Source: Hormiphora californensis
Lineage: Eukaryota > Animalia > Ctenophora
Direction of reading: 5' to 3'
Length of the DNA stretch: 64,000 bases
Assembly: GCA_020137815.1 (NCBI GenBank)
Contig: CM035351.1
Location: 5,890,001 to 5,954,000, forward strand
The notes beneath the pieces are model-generated. The model did no database searches. It was not told where the DNA came from and saw only the letters and a program-made list of their open reading frames with translations. The translations under genes and the position numbers were made by a program. Below, in pieces: positions 12,459-29,946 of this stretch; within the stretch, counting starts at the first letter, position 1; every line of letters begins with the position of its first letter.

Positions 12459-13498
12459 AAAATTTATGGATTTGTGAGAGTGAACAGACTTTAGGAGAAC
12501 TGCAGAACGAGATATATTCCCCACTTGTTTTTTAAGAAATTTTAGTGTGATATTTTTTTGTCTATTTTATTTTTGTTTTGTTTTACAGAAAATAAGAGTT
12601 TTCCATTCGAAATAGACACATTAGTTTAAACTCAGAAATCAGCTGTCTGGCCGCCAGACAGGAAATCTGAAATCAGTACTGTGAACTTCATGGAACTTGT
12701 CTGAACCAACTAGAACTGGGAACTACTGAAACACCGCTATGGTAACAGGAATGACCCAATTACACACAGATATTACACCGGGTGTATACTCAGAAAGACC
12801 CTGGATTCCTGGTGGCCACCGAGCAAGTGGAGCATTTCACGGAAGCTGTGGATTGATTGACGGAGGGCGCCGTGCAACAAATGTAGACCTGATCGCGCGC
12901 AACAGGCATGGTTAGAACCGCGCGCGTAATGACATTCATACCTCCGCAAACAACCCAAGTCGAGGGACAGCAGGAAAGAGCGCGAAGAAAGAGGTGCATG
13001 CAGCAAGCCGCCGGTGCTTGTTGGTCAGAGATGACTTCCGGGTGATGCAGCATTATTTGGTTTTCTCCCAGCTGTAGAGAGGGCTTTTATTGGAGCTAAA
13101 TGTTATGTGTTACATCACTTTACCCTCTACACATTCATGATTCCTTCTAACCGTATGCTCCAAGCCGCTTGAAGAACCAACCCCCTTGAAACCAAACATA
13201 AAACAGTATTTTCTGGGTTAACAAAACTATTAAATAGTTGCGCAGTATAAGTAGAACACACACACTCATAAACTTCAACAAAGTTCAAATATAAACAGGG
13301 GGTTTGTAAAAACCTGGCGAACCCAGAAAGGGGGGAGGGGGTAATAGGGGGGTAAAATACACAAAAATCCCCGCCCAGGCGGGAGAGATGACACAATAGC
13401 GCTCGAAAAAAATAGAGGGGGTGGTATTCTATTTCCAACTAAGCTGTTAGGAGGGGGAAAACATGTCACAATAACTTATTAGATCTCTCAGAGTCTCT

Positions 13499-16400
13499 TT
13501 ATAGCTCATCTTTAGGCTTCTCCTCGGTAACGGGAGTTTCCTCAGAAGCAGGCACTTCCTCAGCAGCAACAGGTTTCTCCTCCTCTTCAAACTCAGCTGG
13601 AATCTCAACCTTTGCAGACATGTCAATACTGTAACTCTTCCTGAGAAGTTTATCCATCCTCTCAGAGAAGGCTACAGTGTCCTTGAGGGAGTATCCAGAT
13701 CGGAGCATGGCAGTATCGTAGAGAGCATGGGCGAGATCCTTGGCCTGTTCACTCTCCTCATCGGTCTTGTACAACTTGTTCATCTCTTGGACCAGAGGAT
13801 GGAAGGGGTTCAACTCCAAGATTTTCTTCTGGTTAGGGACATCCTGGCCACCGCTCTTGGCATAGGCCTGACTCTTCATGATTCGCTCCATATTACCGCT
13901 GTATCCGTACTGAGAGGCAACCAGAGCACAGGGGGACTCGACCAATCGAGTGGAGAGGATGGCCTTGTCAATACCGCTGGTGAGAACCTTCTCCTTCAAC
14001 CAGTTCAACATTGTATCGTAATCTCGTCCCAATTTCTCCATGGTTTCCTTCACCTTGTCGTTGTCCTGGAGGTTCAGGTTCTCCTTGGCTGCATTCTGGA
14101 ACTTCTTTCCCTCGAATTCAGGGAGATTTTGGACACAGTACTCGTCAATAGGGTCAACAAGGTAGATCACCTCATATCCCTTCTTCAGCAGCTTCTCAAC
14201 AAACGGAGACTTCTCACACTCGGTCCTGGTGGTACCAGACATGAAGTAGATATGATCCTGTTTCTCCTTCATCCTCTCCACATAACTCTCGAGTGACGTC
14301 ATTTCCTCATCACTGTGACTCGACTGCCATCGGAGGAGTTTAGCGAGCCTGTTCCTGTTGCTGTGGTCCTCCATCACTCCCAGCTTGATGTTGGTTCCGA
14401 ACTCCTTGTAGAATTTCTTGAAGTCCTCAGCTGACATCTTCTTGAGCATGTCCAGGGCCTTCCTGACGAGTTTCTTCTTGATCACTCGGAGGAGTTTGTT
14501 CTGTTGGAGGGTTTCTCGGGAGACGTTCAGAGGCAGGTCATCACTGTCAACAACACCCTGAAAGAGATGGGGGTTAGTTGTGGTGAAGAGAGGTCAGTTA
14601 GGGGAGGGGAGATAGAGAAGGTGGATCTGGTATTTTATTTCATGCCTCCATGAGCAATTATAATAACAGAGGGGTAATTTCATTACCAAGGTCTGGTAAT
14701 GAAGATGGGGGTTAGTTAGCTAGGGGAGGGGGTAGTTAGGAGATGGGAGATGTTCGTTACTAGTAAGGGAGATGGGTCATTGGGGAGACTCGAAAGAGAT
14801 GAGGGTTAGTCAGAATAAACAGACTACGATGAAGTAGAAGAAAGATATATTATTTGAATTGGACGATAAAAAAGAGAATGGTAATTTTGAAGGATGTTAT
14901 TTACCTTGATGAAGGCAAGATATTTGGGCATCATCTCCTCAAAATCGTCGGTAATGAAAACTCGCTTGACGTACATTTTGATGTTATCAACAGCCTTTCC
15001 TGAGAGAGGTAGCATGGAGATTAGAATCTAACGTTGTCGAGTAGTGCAATATGGAGCTGAAACAGATTAGACCATATTTGACGGGGTAACCATTGCGACT
15101 ACTACTACACTCAGACGCACATGTTGGGTACATGTTTCAACTCTACTAACTTCAGACAACGTCACACGTTCTACTACAGCATGTGTAACTATGGTAACCA
15201 TGGTAACTGGGGTGTAACCTCAATAACACTAACCGTAGTCCTGGTAAAGATCGTGGGCGGCAGTTTTGGGGACGAACAGGATGCTCTTGAAGGTGACCTC
15301 TCCCTCGGCAGTGAAGTGAACATGGGCCAGAGGTTCATCGCTGTCCTTACTGAAACTCTTATAGAATGCAATGTAATCAGCATCCTCGACCTCTTTAGGG
15401 CTCCTGAGCCAGATGGGTTTGTTGTCGTTCATTACCTCCCAGTCGTACACGGTCTTGTCTACCATCTTGACCTGAGTGGAGGAGAGAGGTTAGGGAATGG
15501 GGTCCAAATTGAGAGAGATAAAGAGAGGGGGAGAGAGAGAGAGATAGGCAAAGAAAGAAAGAAAGAGAGAGAGAGAAACCCCTACCTTTGGCTTCTCATC
15601 ATCCTCATCCTCGACCTTGACATCATCATCAGTCTCTCCCTCCTTGGGTGGGGCATCAGCCTCAGGCTCGACAGCCTCCTCGACCTTCTCGGTCCTGCTG
15701 GTCCACATGTGGATGGGGAAGTTGATGAACTGGGAGTATTTCTTGACAAGGTCCTTGATTGTGTGCTCCTCCAGGAAATCGTAGGCCTCCTCCTTCAGGA
15801 ACAGGCTGGGGAGAGAGGAGATGGTTAGGAACAGGGAATTGGAAGGGGTGTGGTTTGGATAGAGGGTACGGAGAGGTGTATAAGAGAACACTGGGTATGG
15901 ATAGGGTTGTCTCATATAAGACCGTCCTCTTCGCACCGGGCCGAAGGCCCGGTGCGGCTACGCGAGGCCGCTACATTGTACAGTCTAGTCAGTGTCTGGA
16001 GTTAGGAGAGAGGGGTGCTGTAGTGCAGTAGGAGTGATAAGATATTAGGAGAGGAATACACGAGAATGGATAGAGTTCTTGGAAAAAGGGTCTGAACAGT
16101 TTTCATTAGCAAATATGCTCCATGTGTTTCTTTCTCATTGACCAATCCAGCATTCTACGTGTCTCTAGGTCAGTTGAGAACGTGTCTTTTACATAGAACG
16201 TGGAACAGCTGGCCACCCTATTGTTCTATTCTCTCTAACTAGTTTTCTCTCTCTATCCTTCCTAACTAGCTGTCTCTCTCTATTCAGCTAAAAGCCAACT
16301 AAGATGCATCTTGTTGTCAAAAAAGAAGCTCTCTTTCTGTCACTCTCTCTCCCTCTCTCTGTCTCTTCTAGGAGACACGTTAGTCACGGAAAGCCTGCTC

Positions 16401-16965
16401 TGCCGAAAGACACGTCACATAGAAATTGTGGAAACTAATAACTTGCACATTTGACCGAGTTCACCGACTAAATCAAAAGGGACTCCCATGACATGATGAT
16501 GGAAGGGTTTAGTTGATCCCAAATTAGTTAATTAATTACCTGATGTGAGTTCCACGTCCAAGGGTATCACCCCGGGGATCCTTAGCGACAGTGAAACTAT
16601 TAGCATCGCTCTCCCACACCCACTGTTCATCAGCATTGTTCTTGGAGGTGACCATGACGGTGTCAGCGACAAGGAAAGCAGAATAGAATCCCACACCGAA
16701 TTGTCCAATCAGATCAGAGCTGACCTCAACATCCCCTTCTTCCATTTTGGCGAGGAACTCAGAGGTTCCAGACTTGGCGATGGTTCCTAGGGAGAGAGGG
16801 GTTTTAGGGAGGAGAGAGGGATTAGGGGAGGGAAGGGAGGGTTTTAGGGGAGAGATGGGTTAAAGGAGGCTGGAGGGGTTAGGGAGGGGAGAGAGAATTG
16901 AATACCATACGAATAGTGAGAGTGTAAGTTTATACACACACTTTCCGGAAACGGGGCGATGAGAA

Positions 16966-17046
<81 letters not shown>

Positions 17047-18643
17047 TGGTAAAAGATGCGGGGGTAACGCTACTTACTACCAGATCGTGTGGAGGTAAGC
17101 TAACAATCACAAACGCGGATAGAACACATCCGGGAAACCCCCAGCTACTACGACTACCCAGCGTGGGCACACGTCTATCTTACACGTCTGTTTCTCTGTT
17201 AGTGTGCCCCTTTCTCCCACACATACACACATATTATAACACCCACCACAACTGTATTATATGTAGTTTCCTGAAACTCCCTTCCATGCCACACAACCGA
17301 CCCCGTTTACTTCCTCACACAACCCAAACCTACCGAGATTCTTGACAAGATCATCATGGGTCATCCCAATTCCAGTATCAATGATGTGAAGAGCGTGGTT
17401 CTCCTTGTCAGGTTTGATCATGACCTTTAGGTCGGCAGTGGCAGATAACACACTGGGGTCTGTCAGGGACAGGAACCTGATCTTATCAAGGGCATCAGAG
17501 GCATTGGAGATCAACTCTCTCAGGAAGATCTGAGGGGAAGGAGTGGGTTAGAGATCTAGAAAGTGGGGGTTAGAGATCTAGAGAGTGGGTTAGAGATCTG
17601 GAGAGAGGGGGTTGTCAGTCGTTACGAGGAGAATCATTGAGATTTAGCGAGAAATCTAGAGATTGGAAGAAGCAAGAGTTCTTGAGAGTGCTGAGAGAGC
17701 TAAAAGGGGATAGGACATTAGGGCAGCCCTTGACATGTAGTAATGCATGCTCAGATTTATCTAACAGACACTCCATTGCCCTTGGTAACGCTCTACTTTC
17801 CCTACTCAGGTGTTACTAAAACATATCTCCCTCAACCCATCAAACAGCCCCAATAGGCAATATTGCATCTATTAGGGTCCCCCCCTTCATTGTGAACTCT
17901 AAACACACGTACCCCCCCCCCCCCCCCGATATATTATGAACACACGTACCTCCTTGTTCCTGTAGAGTGAGTTGATGATGAGTTTCATCATTCTGTTAAC
18001 TTCAGCCTGGTAATTGTGCTTCTCGGCTCCATCCCTCAGCTGTTTCATCTGGGCTACATTCATACCGTCCAGTTTAATGGCTTCTTCTTCCCTGTAAATA
18101 GAGGTTGGGGTTAGAACCAAGGTGGAGGAAAGTAGGGTTGATCATGATTCATGGGGGTCCAGATAGGTGGGGCAGACGATTCTTACCGTTCAACGGTTTC
18201 ATCATCAGTTTTTGATCCGATGGTAGATTTTCCAAGGTCTTCCTCAACAGTACCCTCAACAATGGGGTCCTCTGCTCTGCAGAGCCCTGGAGAAGAGAGA
18301 TTAGTGGAAGGGGGAATAGAGAGGGTTAGAGGAGAATAGAGGGGGGTAGTGGAATGAGGAATAGAGAGGGTTAGTGGACATTTGGAACAACAAGCAGAGG
18401 TGGAATAGTGTTGGTATGACGCAGCTAACTAAAGATGAAGAAGGCAAGTGATCCATATGAGATGGTGATGTTTGGAAATTAGCAAGCCTCATTGAACGCA
18501 TACATTGGTAGAACAATGAACACATTGCTGCATAATGCTGCAGGAGATTTGAAAGGAATACACACAGTCCTGTATAATTGTACACTATGTGTCTTACCTG
18601 AGAGGGTAACGAGGCACACAAGGCCCAAAAGATACAACTTCAT
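13499..18643 (-). CDS. HSP90B1: Endoplasmin / GRP94 (ER HSP90), ~9 exons
   Basis: Signal peptide [74 protein letters not shown]-terminal KDEL. Confidence 0.97.
15910..15988 (+). mobile_element. Possible mini non-autonomous Helitron in an HSP90B1 intron
   Basis: 5' TCtcatataag, hairpins caccgggcc-gaa-ggcccggtg and gcggc...gccgc, 3' CTAG followed by T. Confidence 0.45.
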
Positions 18644-18754
18644 ATCACCGAACTACAAAGTATGAAGGGACGACAACAACACGAGAAGGTAGTGTGTGTG
18701 TTTGAGAACTGAGAGAGCGTGTGGAGGCGATGGAGAGATATCCTACGCAGATGT

Positions 18755-18773
18755 CGTGGAGCGCGCTCATTGG
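18755..18773 (-). promoter_or_regulatory. ER stress response element (ERSE) CCAAT-N9-CCACG
   Basis: Plus strand CGTGG-agcgcgctc-ATTGG, exact 9-nt spacer, ~110 bp upstream of the HSP90B1 ATG; TCACGTGA nearby at 18787-18794 region. Confidence 0.85.
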
Positions 18774-19107
18774 CCGAAACCTGGGTCACGTGATCGGGGC
18801 GCGCGCAATGTGAGTTGCAATTGTTAGCAGTTTCAATGTGGCACTCCCGCGTTCTTCCACGTAGCCCAGCTTTCTCTCCTTTCTCTCTGACTTGTGTGTG
18901 TCGTCACGAGATAGTGGCAGTGTTTTTCAGGACCAGCAACGAGCTACATTGTTCCTCCGACCCTTTCTTTGTTAACAGAGAGCTTTACACTGGCTCTATC
19001 ATTAGCTTACAAGGTGTACTCGGACCGTTTACGAACAGGGCCAGGGTTCTTTAATCTCCGAACTGGGTTCGAGTTCTCTGATCTATGTTGCTACCGCCTA
19101 CCTGACT

Positions 19108-19552
19108 TTAACACACCGTATTCTTACGTTTGGTTATAGCGTCTCCGGGATTTCCAAAGTTGAATGACCGGGGAATGAGGTCGAGGAAGACTTTGCTTGA
19201 TTCAGGAAACCTATTGTTGTTCATTAGATCATGCCCATGCATGGTATAATCATCCTCCTCCCCCTCCTCTATAACGCTCCCTTCACTGCTCTCCCGTTGT
19301 TTCTGTTGAGGTGTTCTGATTGTGGTCGGTGAGGGAGGGGAGGTTTGGAGGGTTTTTACGGCCCCTTCAGTAGCTTGGGTTGTATTGTAGGGAACGCTGT
19401 ACCATGCTCCTCGTAACACATCCGCCTGGGAAATACCTGGGAGAGAGGAGAAATGTATTATACACTTGGTATACGTTAGGTATACATTGTTGAACTGCTA
19501 CTGCAGTACCTGGCTTCCCCGTTGTGGCATTGTTCATTATTATAATGAACGT

Positions 19553-19615
<63 letters not shown>

Positions 19616-20797
19616 TCTCTCTCTCAGCTCACTACTATTTCCTATCGATATATCACACTCACGTCTCACTGCGGTTTCCTGCTGTACCGTTATTTTCTTC
19701 CTTCGTTTTTCCTTTGGAAGAAGGTGCTGGAACAAGTGGTATGCTTTACCTGAGGGGGGGGGGGGGGAATCTTCGTTAGAAAGTTTTGGAAGTCCCGGAG
19801 ATCATGAGTATACCATTGTTTGACTGCTTACTATGTTGTGAAGGTTCCCCCTCTTCATCATCTGAACACTCAACACCCTCCTCCTGTTGTTGTCCTGATA
19901 CACCTGTGATATAATATTCGTGTTTGAAATATACTATATATCCCTAAAATTTAGGCTTTATATCCCTAATGTTTAGGCTAAATATTTCAATTCTAACCCC
20001 GCCTCCAACTGTTAGTTAATGTAGGGGACGTGTTGTGGGAGAGAGAGAGACCCCAAAACGCGAGGCATGACACCCCTTCTTCTTCTTCTCCTTGTCGCCC
20101 CCTCACTGGCTGAAAAGACACCTTGCAAAGTCTGCCGAGATCTAACCAGCCATTTCCAAGAGCATTTTGATAAGACAAAGGGGAGTAACTTTGGAGGAGG
20201 AAATACCGCCTGGGAGGAGAAGAGTCTGGGCAGCTATGCCACCAGGTAAAGAACATTGGTAGAGATTATACAGTATAGTTAGAACTGGGTTAGAACTGGG
20301 TTTATAGTTAGAACTGGGTAGAGACATACCAAGTTCCGATTAGTTAGAACTGGGTATCATGCTTGGTTGGTGTAAATAGTCCATGGGGACATGTAAAACC
20401 ATGTTCAGCTATAAGAATGTTACCAGCTAGGACACCATACTTTGAGGACCCCCACTACTTTTTTCAAGTTCATACCTGACCCTTTCCTGCTCATAGAAAA
20501 GCTTCCCAAAACTCCCTCACCTGCAGTAGCTGTCCCATCACGCCACCCTCACCTGCAGTAGCTGTCCCATCACGCCACCCTCACCTGTAGTAGCTGTCCC
20601 ATCACCCCACCCTCACCTGCAGTAGCTGTCCCATCACCCCCTCCACTAGCAGCAGCGGCACCATCCCCAGCAGCACCAGCACCATTAGCATGTTGGTTCT
20701 TCCGGGCAGCGTTCTGGTCCATAATCCTCTGTTTCATTAACGCGATACTTCTCAATCTCTTCTTAATTATCATCCTCCTTCTTTTCATGTTCACCAT
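19108..20797 (-). CDS. Possible orphan spliced gene antisense to and interleaved with CRELD exon 1
   Basis: caccATGG start at 20797 behind tatata; candidate exons ~20797-20616, 19903-19812, 19749-19663, 19436-19108 with GT/AG ends; one junction phase unresolved; no recognisable domain. Confidence 0.3.
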
Positions 20798-23700
20798 GGT
20801 GACAACAACAGGGGCTCTCTATATAGACTTAGAGGTTTAGTGGGGGCCAGGGTTCAGGTAGATTAGATAAGACAACAGTGGGCTCTCTAGTTCTAGAGGT
20901 GGGGGTCTAGGGTTTAGCTGGATAAATGGGATTTGTAGGAGGTTGGTTCTAAAAACATTTCAAGTTTAGTTTTCATTTTTCAAGTGTGTGTACTTCAATG
21001 CATATTCTCCCTCTCATTGTTAGTGAGACTCGCTTTGTGGAAATTCTAGATAACTTGTGCGGGAAAAGTGACTACAAGGTAGACATGTGCACAAACATTG
21101 CATGTAACCAGCTAGAATTGTGGGAAAGCTTTGTGCTAGGAATATGGGTTAATTATTGCTGAGAAATGGCAAACATATCATGATAATTATTAATTAGTAT
21201 GAGTACTAGTTACTTTCATCAGGTACAATTGATTTTGCATGTTTAATTACAAGCTGTGCTGTTTTTTCAGTGAAACAAGATTGGTCGAGATACTGGAGAA
21301 AACTGCTAAGAAATGTGACTATAAAGTGAGTACACGGCCGGGCCCGGCGGGGACACAATTTTTAATCAACCGAGAAAACTACACAGAAATGCGCCTAATT
21401 TTAATTGCTCTCTTATACCGTGCAGCGCTCTCTAGACGCTTTCCGGGCAGTTCCGTCGAAATTGACGGGCGTAGGCTAGAGACTGAGAGAGAAGTACTGC
21501 AAAAAATTTAAATTAGTAAAAGTTAAAAAGACAACTCGAAAAAATAAATCGCTTCATGGAATGAAGTTGAGTGTATTAATTAGCAATCAAATTTACACGT
21601 AGCCATAATATATGTCATGCAACTACGTAAGACATTGCCAGTAGTGTTAGTAACACACACATAACACTGTTACATCGACAGCTCAAAGCACAGTAGTTTA
21701 TAGGCCTTGTAATATTATTTCATAATACAGTAGCTGGATGCCAAGACTAAGTCACTAATTTATAGAAATCAAAAATATTGTGAAACAAAATATGATATGA
21801 TGAAAGATCCAATTATAAGGTCTTAATTGGACGGTCTAGATCTGAGAAAAGACAGCTGTATACCTGCTAACAGATCAGAAGCACGAGATACACACTGTGT
21901 TATTAGGATCACTAAAAGTGTGATTCAATATAGAGATCAGAGATGTAGAATGCAGTAACCTAGTTAAAATACAACAAGAGCTACTTAATTAACACACAAT
22001 GCTGTCAGATACACTTCTGCGTATATCACTACCGAATTGTGTCATTACTTAGCTGTGTATATAATTTGGAAATAAAGCAAGGGATGTCATAGTCCTGAGG
22101 TATTACTAACACTACCACTACCACTATGTGTTATACACCACTTGGTGTATATCACCAGCCACACGTAATACCTAATTAGTGACGTTTTAATTAAACGTGA
22201 ACCAGGCACTAGCCGCTACCATATTATAATAGCCGGGGGGTAAAACCGGGCACTCTGCAGCTGCATGGCATGCTGGGCATGAAAACAACACGTGTTAAAC
22301 ATCCCCCATAGTATTCTGTATTACATCAACTGTACCCCCTCCCCCTTCAGTGCAGTAGTCTGCTAGAAGATCAGGAAGAATGGCTGGAGGAGTGGTTCTT
22401 CAAGAGACAGGATACAGACCTATTTGAAGAAATGTGTGTTACTGCCCTAAAGAGGTGCTGTACAAAGAACAGATGGGGTCCAGACTGTGCTGAGTGCCCA
22501 GGGGGTGTTGAGACTCCGTGCAGTGGGCATGGGAAGTGTCAGGTGAGGGGCAATGACTTTTAGTGATTTAGTGTCACTCTCGTCTTAGAATGAGGCCTGA
22601 TTTTTAGTGTCACTCTCGTCCTGAGAAGGCCTGAATTTTAGTCTCACTCCGGAATAGATTATGAAAAGTACAGTTTCTAAATCAACTCTGTTGACAGGAT
22701 GAGGGAGAGAGGAAGACGAATGGTAAGCTGAGTGGCACCTGTTTCTGTGATACCGGGTATAATGGAACACTCTGTGAGGGATGCAAGACTAGATTTGTTC
22801 CTGTTGGAGACAACTGTGAGGGTAAGTCAATCAATCAATCAAAAAAGTAGTCCTGATAGTGGTACTATATAACATGTGTTATTGAGGACCTCAATGAGGT
22901 GTTATTTCCCACAGAAAATTGATGTTCTGAAAGTGAAAGGTCTACTTGATGGTTTTTCACACTGTCAAAATGCACTGATATATTATTTTGTGTCGTGTGA
23001 CAACTTACTCAACATTACATTGTTTCAGCTTGCAGCACGCTATGTGAGGAGGGTTGCACATCTCCCGGTCCTACTGGCTGTATTGCTTGTAAAAAGGGAT
23101 ACGAGAAATCTGAATCTGATGGGGCGTGTATTGGTAAGTTTACATGGTTCCCCTAAAGTGTGATCTACGACCTCCGTGTGTAATCCTTGTTTTGATCCTG
23201 GTGTGTCTTCCCGACCTGATACCCGACGTTTGATATCAGATAAATCATACCCAACAATTTCTAAAAACTTCCCCTCAATCCCCCTTCCAAGTGCTCCCAT
23301 CTAACTCCTCTATCATCCCTCCCTCTATCACCTGAGCTGCAGTTACCGCTCTGAAAACCCCTTCCAAGTGCTCCCATCTAACCCCTCTATCATCCCTCCC
23401 TCTATCACCTGAGCTGCAGTTACCGCTCTGAAAACCCCTTCCAAGTGCTCCCATCTAACCCCTCTATCATCCCTCCCTCTATCACCTGAGCTGCAGTTAC
23501 CGCTCTGAAAACCCCTTTCAAGTGCTCCCATCTAACCCCTCTATCATTCTATAACCCGCCTTTCACCTGCAGATATAAACGAGTGCACGTTACACGGATG
23601 TGGTGACCCAGCAGTTGAGGAGTGTATCAACTCCCCCGGCACATACGAGTGTGTCTGCAAGGCCGGCTACACCCGAGTCCAAGGGAAGTGCCAGCTTGAA

Positions 23701-24459
23701 GGTAACTCGGACACTAATTATGGGACTATATTGACTGTGGTCGGGGTCCATGCTGTGTTGTTGATGTTAGGGGTGTCTAGTGTGGGTGTTCATGGTGCGG
23801 GAGTGTTGTTTGTGATTTATCTTGGGGGTCTGGGTGCTTTTGCACTGGCTAAGATTTATAAAGAGGGTTCTGTCTGGTCTTGAGAGGGAGTTGTTTGTTG
23901 TTGATTTTAAGGGCAGATTTGTGCTCCCCTCGTCTTGTCCTTAGAAAAGACATTCTCAGAAAGTATAATTTAAAAGGCGTGCAGCTGTAAGGCGGGGGAG
24001 GGTGTGTGCCGATTGCCGAATTTGATTTTTGACTATTTATTGCTATTTTCTACCCTCTTGTTGCTTATTATGAGATCCCTTGTTTTACTTTGTCATCTAC
24101 CCCAGAACTGTACGCGAACGAAGACGAACTTGACGATGAAGTTGATCAGACAGAAGAACCGACGGAGGAGACAGAAAAGAAGACGGAAGAGACAGAAAAG
24201 GAGACAGATGAGAAGACAGAAAAGATAGATGAGACATCGGGATCTGAAGAACAATTTGACGAGACTAAAATTCCTGCGATTCCAAGAAGCCAAACGGAAA
24301 GTTGGGATTAAGCCCGTGAGAGAGGGTGGAGAGAAGAAGAAGAAGAGTGAGAAAAGGAAGAAGAGAGAGGAAGATAGTAGTGACTCAGAGGACGATGATG
24401 AAATTAGTTTTGATGAACTATCTAAACATGAAGAAGAGAGGGTTAGGGAGGAATTATGA
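20067..24459 (+). CDS. CRELD: CRELD (cysteine-rich with EGF-like domains); exons 20067-20245, 21024-21078 or 21271-21325, 22351-22542, 22698-22821, 23029-23133, 23573-23701 (read-through to 23883), 24106-24459
   Basis: Signal peptide, [29 protein letters not shown] domain [12 protein letters not shown]/furin repeats, DINEC Ca-EGF; frameshift needed in last exon to reach REEL. Confidence 0.92.
23281..23547. repeat. 77-bp tandem repeat (~3.5 copies) in a CRELD intron
   Basis: Unit ccccttccaagtgctcccatctaa...gttaccgctctgaaaa. Confidence 0.85.
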
Positions 24460-25036
24460 TTGATAACCACTCACGTCCCCACATTATATGTAGAGCATTT
24501 TTGTACAACTTTTCGACAACAATCGCTCCACCATCTGTGAGATTACAATCCACGGTTTGAAATGTCAAGGATGATTGATGGGTGATTACACATGTGTAGA
24601 TTGATTCATGATGGGTCGCGAGAGACTAGGTTTTAACTTATTTTACATTGTGTTGGTGATATATATTTAGTTGAGCAAAATAAAAAGTACGGTGTTTTTA
24701 TTGAACGAAATATCTCTCTTTCGTTCTTCAATTCTAGTTGCAGTAGAAATATACACAATCTATAGTACATTGGCTTCTGCAGGAAGACTCACTCACACTC
24801 ACATGACACATACAAATGCATATATTGCAATATTATACGGATCCCCTACGGATCTATAGATTCTACCAAACAAAACAGACAGTAATCGTAAAGAATAAAG
24901 ATAATTTCAGTTTCTATACAAATTGTTAACCCCGGCTCACATCACAAGCTCAATATTGCATATCGTCAGAGCTAAAGTTAGGGCAACTATGGGTCCAACC
25001 CTCTAAAACTGATAGTTGACACTAATCCGAGCTGTT

Positions 25037-29573
<4,537 letters not shown>

Positions 29574-29946
29574 ACACTAGAGATAGAGGAATAATAAGTT
29601 AGTATTACTGGCGCAATTTTGGAAAAAGGGGAGGGTTAGACGAACACTGTGAGTTGTGACCTCCGTGTTCATAGGATGAATTGTTCATCGCTAGGAAATG
29701 ATGTCGGTGTACCCAATACGGTTATGCAACTCTAAAGCAGGGATATGCGTGAATATTGGTTCATTAAACGCCGAGGCGTGGGACGTCGGGTATTAATAAT
29801 CAACATTTTAAAAAGATGTTCAATAAATAAAACCATGTCAAATGACCCACCCAGTTTAATAAATAACAACACCACTGTCCCCAGGTAACCGTCATGGAGA
29901 TGAAGCGATCTGTGATTAAAATTCTTAGAATATAACATTTCAGATC

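Noticed and set aside
13727-15828. Long + strand ORFs overlapping HSP90B1
   Set aside because: Antisense shadows of real coding exons
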